A DNA stretch of 64,000 bases from positions 520,556-584,555 of the forward strand of contig JAZJZE010000009.1 of assembly GCA_040390065.1 (NCBI GenBank), written 5' to 3'. The notes under the pieces are model-generated. The model worked only from the letters and a program-made list of their open reading frames with translations, was not told the origin of the DNA and made no database searches. Positions within the stretch are counted from its first letter, which is position 1; every line of letters begins with the position of its first letter. The translations under genes and the position numbers were made by a program. The DNA is from a bacterium (lineage in GTDB: Archaea > Thermoplasmatota > E2 > JACPAO01 > JAHFTW01). Below are positions 60,268-64,000 of this stretch, piece after piece.

Positions 60268-61235
60268 GCAGCGTTCGCGCCGGCATGGACATCGGGAAGG
60301 ACGGCGCCGCCCTCGCAGCCGCCATCGACGCCCGCGGCCAGGCTGCGCACCCCAACGACGACCACGCCATGCACCTGCCGCACGGCTCATGGTGGCCGTT
60401 CTGGCTGGCCCTCAGCATCTTCCTCCTTGGACTCGGCATCATGGCCGTCGGGCAGGGGCTGCACATGACGCCCGCCGACGGCGCCGCCGCCGTGGCCGAG
60501 CACCGCATCCTCCACCCGTCGATGCCCAGCATGTTCGCCCTGGCCGTCCTCGGCCTCGGACTGTTGGCCGTCGTCGGCAGCCTGGTCGGCTGGTTCGTCC
60601 AGGACTACCACTGGTGGGACAGCAAGACGGGCACCGGCACGACCATCCCGCGCGCCGGCACGCTCCTCTTCATCAGCTCCGAAGTCTTCCTCTTCGGCGC
60701 GCTGTTTGCCAACTACTTCACGTTCAAGGCGTCGCACCCGACGTTCTGGCCCGACATCACGACGGAAGGCGGCGAAGCGTTCTCGCTGCCGGTCCTGAAG
60801 ACGTTCATCTTCAGCATCTTCCTGTTCTCGTCGTCGTACACCGTCCACCAAGCCGAGAAGCACTTGCTTGCCGGCCGCCACCGCAAATTCGTCAACTGGT
60901 GGGGCCTCACCATCCTGCTCGGCCTCGTGTTCCTGGGCGGCCAGGTCAACGAATACATGAACCTCATCCGCGAAGGCCACACCCTGGGCTCGTCGCAGTT
61001 CATGACCGCATTCTTCATCCTGACCGGCACGCACGGCCTGCACGTCTTCGGCGGACTGTGCATCCTCACCGTCATGTGGGTGCGCGCCATGAAGGGCCAG
61101 TTCTCCAGCGAACGCCACGCGGGCCCGCAAGTCGCGGCCATGTACTGGCACTTCGTCGACCTGGTCTGGGTGTTCGTCTTCGGCATCATCTACCTGCTGA
61201 ACGTGCACGACTGGAGCAAGGTGCTGTCCTTCTAG
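60264..61235 (+). CDS. coxC: Cytochrome oxidase subunit III
   Basis: ORF of 323 aa that overlaps the coxI stop. LFISSEVFLFGALFANYF and GTHGLHVFGGL...YWHFVDLVWVFVF. It has an extended N-terminus. Confidence 0.9.
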   Translation: MSSVRAGMDIGKDGAALAAAIDARGQAAHPNDDHAMHLPHGSWWPFWLALSIFLLGLGIMAVGQGLHMTPADGAAAVAEHRILHPSMPSMFALAVLGLGLLAVVGSLVGWFVQDYHWWDSKTGTGTTIPRAGTLLFISSEVFLFGALFANYFTFKASHPTFWPDITTEGGEAFSLPVLKTFIFSIFLFSSSYTVHQAEKHLLAGRHRKFVNWWGLTILLGLVFLGGQVNEYMNLIREGHTLGSSQFMTAFFILTGTHGLHVFGGLCILTVMWVRAMKGQFSSERHAGPQVAAMYWHFVDLVWVFVFGIIYLLNVHDWSKVLSF

Positions 61236-61237
61236 CC

Positions 61238-61450
61238 ATGAGCGAACGCGCCAAAGTCACGAACCTCATCCGCTGTATCGCGGTCTTCGTCTCGATCCCC
61301 ACGATCACCATCGGACTCGTCCTCTACCTGTACGACCCGGCCGCCCACGCGTACCACATGGCGGCGTTCCTGGTCCTCGGCGCCGTCTCGCTCGTCGTCG
61401 TGGCCGTGGCGCCAAGACTCGCGGCGCGCTGGGTGCCAGAGGATGCCTAG
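61238..61450 (+). CDS. Small two-TM membrane protein (possible oxidase subunit IV)
   Basis: In frame with ORF 60218..61450. ATG 61238 lies 2 nt after the coxIII stop. MSERAKVTNLIRCIAVFVSIPTITIGLVLYLY... Confidence 0.55.
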   Translation: MSERAKVTNLIRCIAVFVSIPTITIGLVLYLYDPAAHAYHMAAFLVLGAVSLVVVAVAPRLAARWVPEDA

Positions 61451-62496
61451 CGCCTTGCCTCCTTGACGCCATCCACCCAAATTGTGGCGGCAAGCTTTGG
61501 CCCACTCGGGCCCACGAGTCCCCAGTGCCTCTCGGCTTCACCGAAGTGTTCGGCAGTGCTGCTGTCCGGAGTGTCCAGCCACGAACGGTAGAGGATGGCC
61601 GTCACGTTGAGGTCGCGTAGCTCGTCGAGTCCCCTGAAGAAGCCTTCGAGGCCGAGGGCTTGCGCCATGTCGGCGCCCGGGTAGCTGGACATGCCGACGT
61701 CCTGGATCAAGACGGGTTTGCTAAACAGCCGCCGCAGGTCCTGGACGGCGGACTTCGTCGATTCGAAGACGCCGTTGTAGTCGTCGCGGCCGTTCGTCGC
61801 ACGTCCGCCAAGAGCCTGGACGCCCACCCAGTCGCTTGCCGCAGCCGCGCGGTCCCACGTCGACCACGCGGCCCGGTTCCAGTTGCCGAAAGCCAGGACC
61901 ACGGTGGCTTGTGGATACGCGGCATGCAGGTAGTCCGCCTTCTCGGCCAGGTACCCATCCAGCGGCTCGTAGGTCGCGACGGAGCCCTTGTTGAACTCGG
62001 TTTCCAGGATGACGAGAGCCGGCTTGCCGTGCAGGTGTTTGTTCATCGTCTCGGCGAGCGCCACGGCAAGGCGTTGCCAGCCCGCCTGGTCCTTCGCGAG
62101 GCCATGCGTGGGCGATGTGCAGCCATTCTCCAGGCACGACACGGACATGTCGTCGCCCCAGTAGTAGAAGTGGATGGCCGGTGTGACGTTGTTGGCGTAC
62201 AGGTCGTCGAGGATGCGGTTCGGATCACGCCACCCGTGCGCGAGGTTCCACGGGCCGATCCACAGCGTCGCGTAGTCGGGTCGCGCTCCTGCCTCCGCCT
62301 GCAGTCGCCACGTCGGCGCGTCCATGCCGAAGCGGATGGGCGGGTCGGGGACCGGCGGTCGCGCTGCGTGGGCGACGGGCTGCACGTCGGGCGCCGCGTG
62401 AAACACGGCCACGGAGAAACCCGCAATGACAAGCAGCGTCGCGACGGCGACGAGGGCGAGTCTGGCGTCCATGCCAAGGAAGGGTCTTGCCGCCAT
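61447..62496 (-). CDS. Membrane-anchored/secreted TIM-barrel glycoside-hydrolase-like protein
   Basis: ORF of 349 aa. N-terminal anchor LALVAVATLLVIAGFSV. VILETEFNKG (candidate catalytic Glu) and LIQDVGMSS. The family call is tentative. Confidence 0.5.
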   Translation of the reverse strand: MAARPFLGMDARLALVAVATLLVIAGFSVAVFHAAPDVQPVAHAARPPVPDPPIRFGMDAPTWRLQAEAGARPDYATLWIGPWNLAHGWRDPNRILDDLYANNVTPAIHFYYWGDDMSVSCLENGCTSPTHGLAKDQAGWQRLAVALAETMNKHLHGKPALVILETEFNKGSVATYEPLDGYLAEKADYLHAAYPQATVVLAFGNWNRAAWSTWDRAAAASDWVGVQALGGRATNGRDDYNGVFESTKSAVQDLRRLFSKPVLIQDVGMSSYPGADMAQALGLEGFFRGLDELRDLNVTAILYRSWLDTPDSSTAEHFGEAERHWGLVGPSGPKLAATIWVDGVKEARR

Positions 62497-62575
62497 CGCT
62501 TTTCCTCTTTTGCGAACGGGGCGCGGGGCGTCAAGGTTGCGACGCGCCTGTCCCTGCCGCGACGGGCCTTGTCCC

Positions 62576-64000
62576 TCAAGGGTTATCGGCGACGACGGCC
62601 GACGCCGCCCGGTAGGAGCGGCGCGTGAGGAAGTAGAAGGGGATGCCGACTGTGATGATGGCCAGGTCGACCAAGGCCTTGTACCGGTATCCCGCCTGGT
62701 CCTCCGTCCACCACAAGGCGGCGACGACGATGGCCAGGCTCGTCAGGCCGAAGAGGACGGGGATCACGGCGCCGCCGGGCGTGCGGTAGCCGCGTTCGAT
62801 GTCCGGGCGCAGGCGGCGCAGCCTCAACCAGGCCGCTGCCGTAAGGACGTGGAACAGGAACACCGCAAAGATGACGCTCGCCACGAGTGCGTCGTACAGG
62901 CCCGACATGACGAGCAGGCAAGCCCAAATGGCGCACAAAGCCGAGCCGTAGGCAGGTGTGCCGTGGCGCGGGTCCAACCGCGCCATGCTGCGCAGGAAGA
63001 GACCCTCCTTGGCCTGCGCGTAGGCGATGCGGGGGGCGGTCATCACGTAGGCGTTTGTCGTGCCGAAGATGGACACCAAGGCAATCGTGCCCACGAGGCC
63101 GAAGCCGACGGCGCCGAGGGCGTTCTCCGCGGCCTTGCCAGAAAGGTAGTCCGTGCGCGTGGCTGAGATGCTCAAGGCGTCCGGCAGTGACACGGCGTAC
63201 AGGCTGGCCGCTGCAACGGCGAGGTAGATGGCCGTCGTCACGAGGGGGGCCAGGGTCAAGGCAAGGGGGCCATCGCGCTTCGGGGAACGCATCTCGTGCG
63301 CAACGTACGTGGCCATGTACCAGCCGTCGTACGCGAAGAGGATCAGGAGCAGGCCGAGCATGAATCCCTGCACCGTGTCGCCCGTCGAGAACGGTGTGCC
63401 GTCGGCGTGCAGCGGCGTGCCGGGCGACAGGAGGTGCCCTGCGCCGTGGTAGAAGGCGAGCACCAGGACGACGACCAAGGCCAGGCCAGCGGCCTTGGCG
63501 AAGGTGCTCACGTTGCTGATGAATGCCCCGAAACGGACGCCGTACCGGTTGATGACGGTGAGCAGGATGATGATCGCGATTGCGAGGAATGCTTGACCGT
63601 ACGGCGGAATCGTGAACAGCAGCGTGCCATCCCCCGGCGTGAGCTTGTGCACGTCGTGCGCCACGAGGAGCTTGGAGCCACCGGCGACGACGTCGACGGC
63701 GTATCCCGGCAGCGCCACGAAGCGGGCGGCCACCGTCGCGAAGGCGGCGGCCACGGCGGCGATCGTCCCGGTCTGGATGACCCAGAAATTCGTCCACCCG
63801 AAGAGGTAGGCCGGGAACGGCCCGAAGGCTTCCTTGAGGTAGACGTACTGGCCGCCTGCCTTCGGGTACATGCCGGACAGTTCGGCGACCGTCATCGAGC
63901 CGAGGACCGTGAGGGCGGCGGCCACGAGGAAGATGCCCATCACCCACAACGGCGACGGCAGCAGGCCGAGCATGTCCGCAGGGAGGATCATGATGCCCGA
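62576..64000 (-). CDS. APC-family amino acid permease; N-terminus runs off the window
   Basis: ORF 62576..63991 stays open upstream (..SGIMILPADMLG), so the start lies beyond 64000. AELSGMYPKAGGQYVYL and about 12 TM segments. Paralog of 28358..29848. Confidence 0.88.
   Translation of the reverse strand, partial: SGIMILPADMLGLLPSPLWVMGIFLVAAALTVLGSMTVAELSGMYPKAGGQYVYLKEAFGPFPAYLFGWTNFWVIQTGTIAAVAAAFATVAARFVALPGYAVDVVAGGSKLLVAHDVHKLTPGDGTLLFTIPPYGQAFLAIAIIILLTVINRYGVRFGAFISNVSTFAKAAGLALVVVLVLAFYHGAGHLLSPGTPLHADGTPFSTGDTVQGFMLGLLLILFAYDGWYMATYVAHEMRSPKRDGPLALTLAPLVTTAIYLAVAAASLYAVSLPDALSISATRTDYLSGKAAENALGAVGFGLVGTIALVSIFGTTNAYVMTAPRIAYAQAKEGLFLRSMARLDPRHGTPAYGSALCAIWACLLVMSGLYDALVASVIFAVFLFHVLTAAAWLRLRRLRPDIERGYRTPGGAVIPVLFGLTSLAIVVAALWWTEDQAGYRYKALVDLAIITVGIPFYFLTRRSYRAASAVVADNP

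Overview
Visibly GC-rich, densely coding archaeal chromosome segment. I call about 72 CDS and find no rRNA, tRNA, CRISPR array or recognisable mobile-element gene. Archaeal identity rests on PCNA, primase PriL/PriS, GINS51, TFS, aIF5A, aIF2-alpha, Nop10, L44e, S27e, exosome Csl4, TrmY and archaeal-type AspRS. The host looks aerobic (haem-copper oxidase CoxI/II/III) and encodes many LAGC-type lipobox proteins. Many long ORFs in the track are GC-driven shadow frames or over-extended N-termini, and I trimmed them using domain boundaries, TATA-like boxes about 26 nt upstream of starts, and start/stop overlaps. Main features: (1) the known archaeal replication-translation cluster (PCNA, PriL, PriS, GINS51, L44e, S27e, aIF2-alpha, Nop10) at 39.0-47.9 kb, interrupted by lineage-specific genes and repeats. 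(2) A 1.6-kb ORF-free stretch (54108-55721) containing an about 930-nt region packed with GCAA/UUCG-capped hairpins, which I read as a large structured RNA of unrecognised class. (3) A pair of about 420-470-bp inverted repeats bracketing a 6-kb five-gene block that includes aspS. (4) A family of 9-bp-phased TTCAGTGG-like repeat arrays in intergenic regions, several forming long hairpins at gene 3' ends. (5) Unusual redox proteins: a CoxII fused to extra cupredoxin domains, and a CXXCH plus four-His transmembrane protein. All functional calls come from motif recognition by eye. No database search or folding computation was run.
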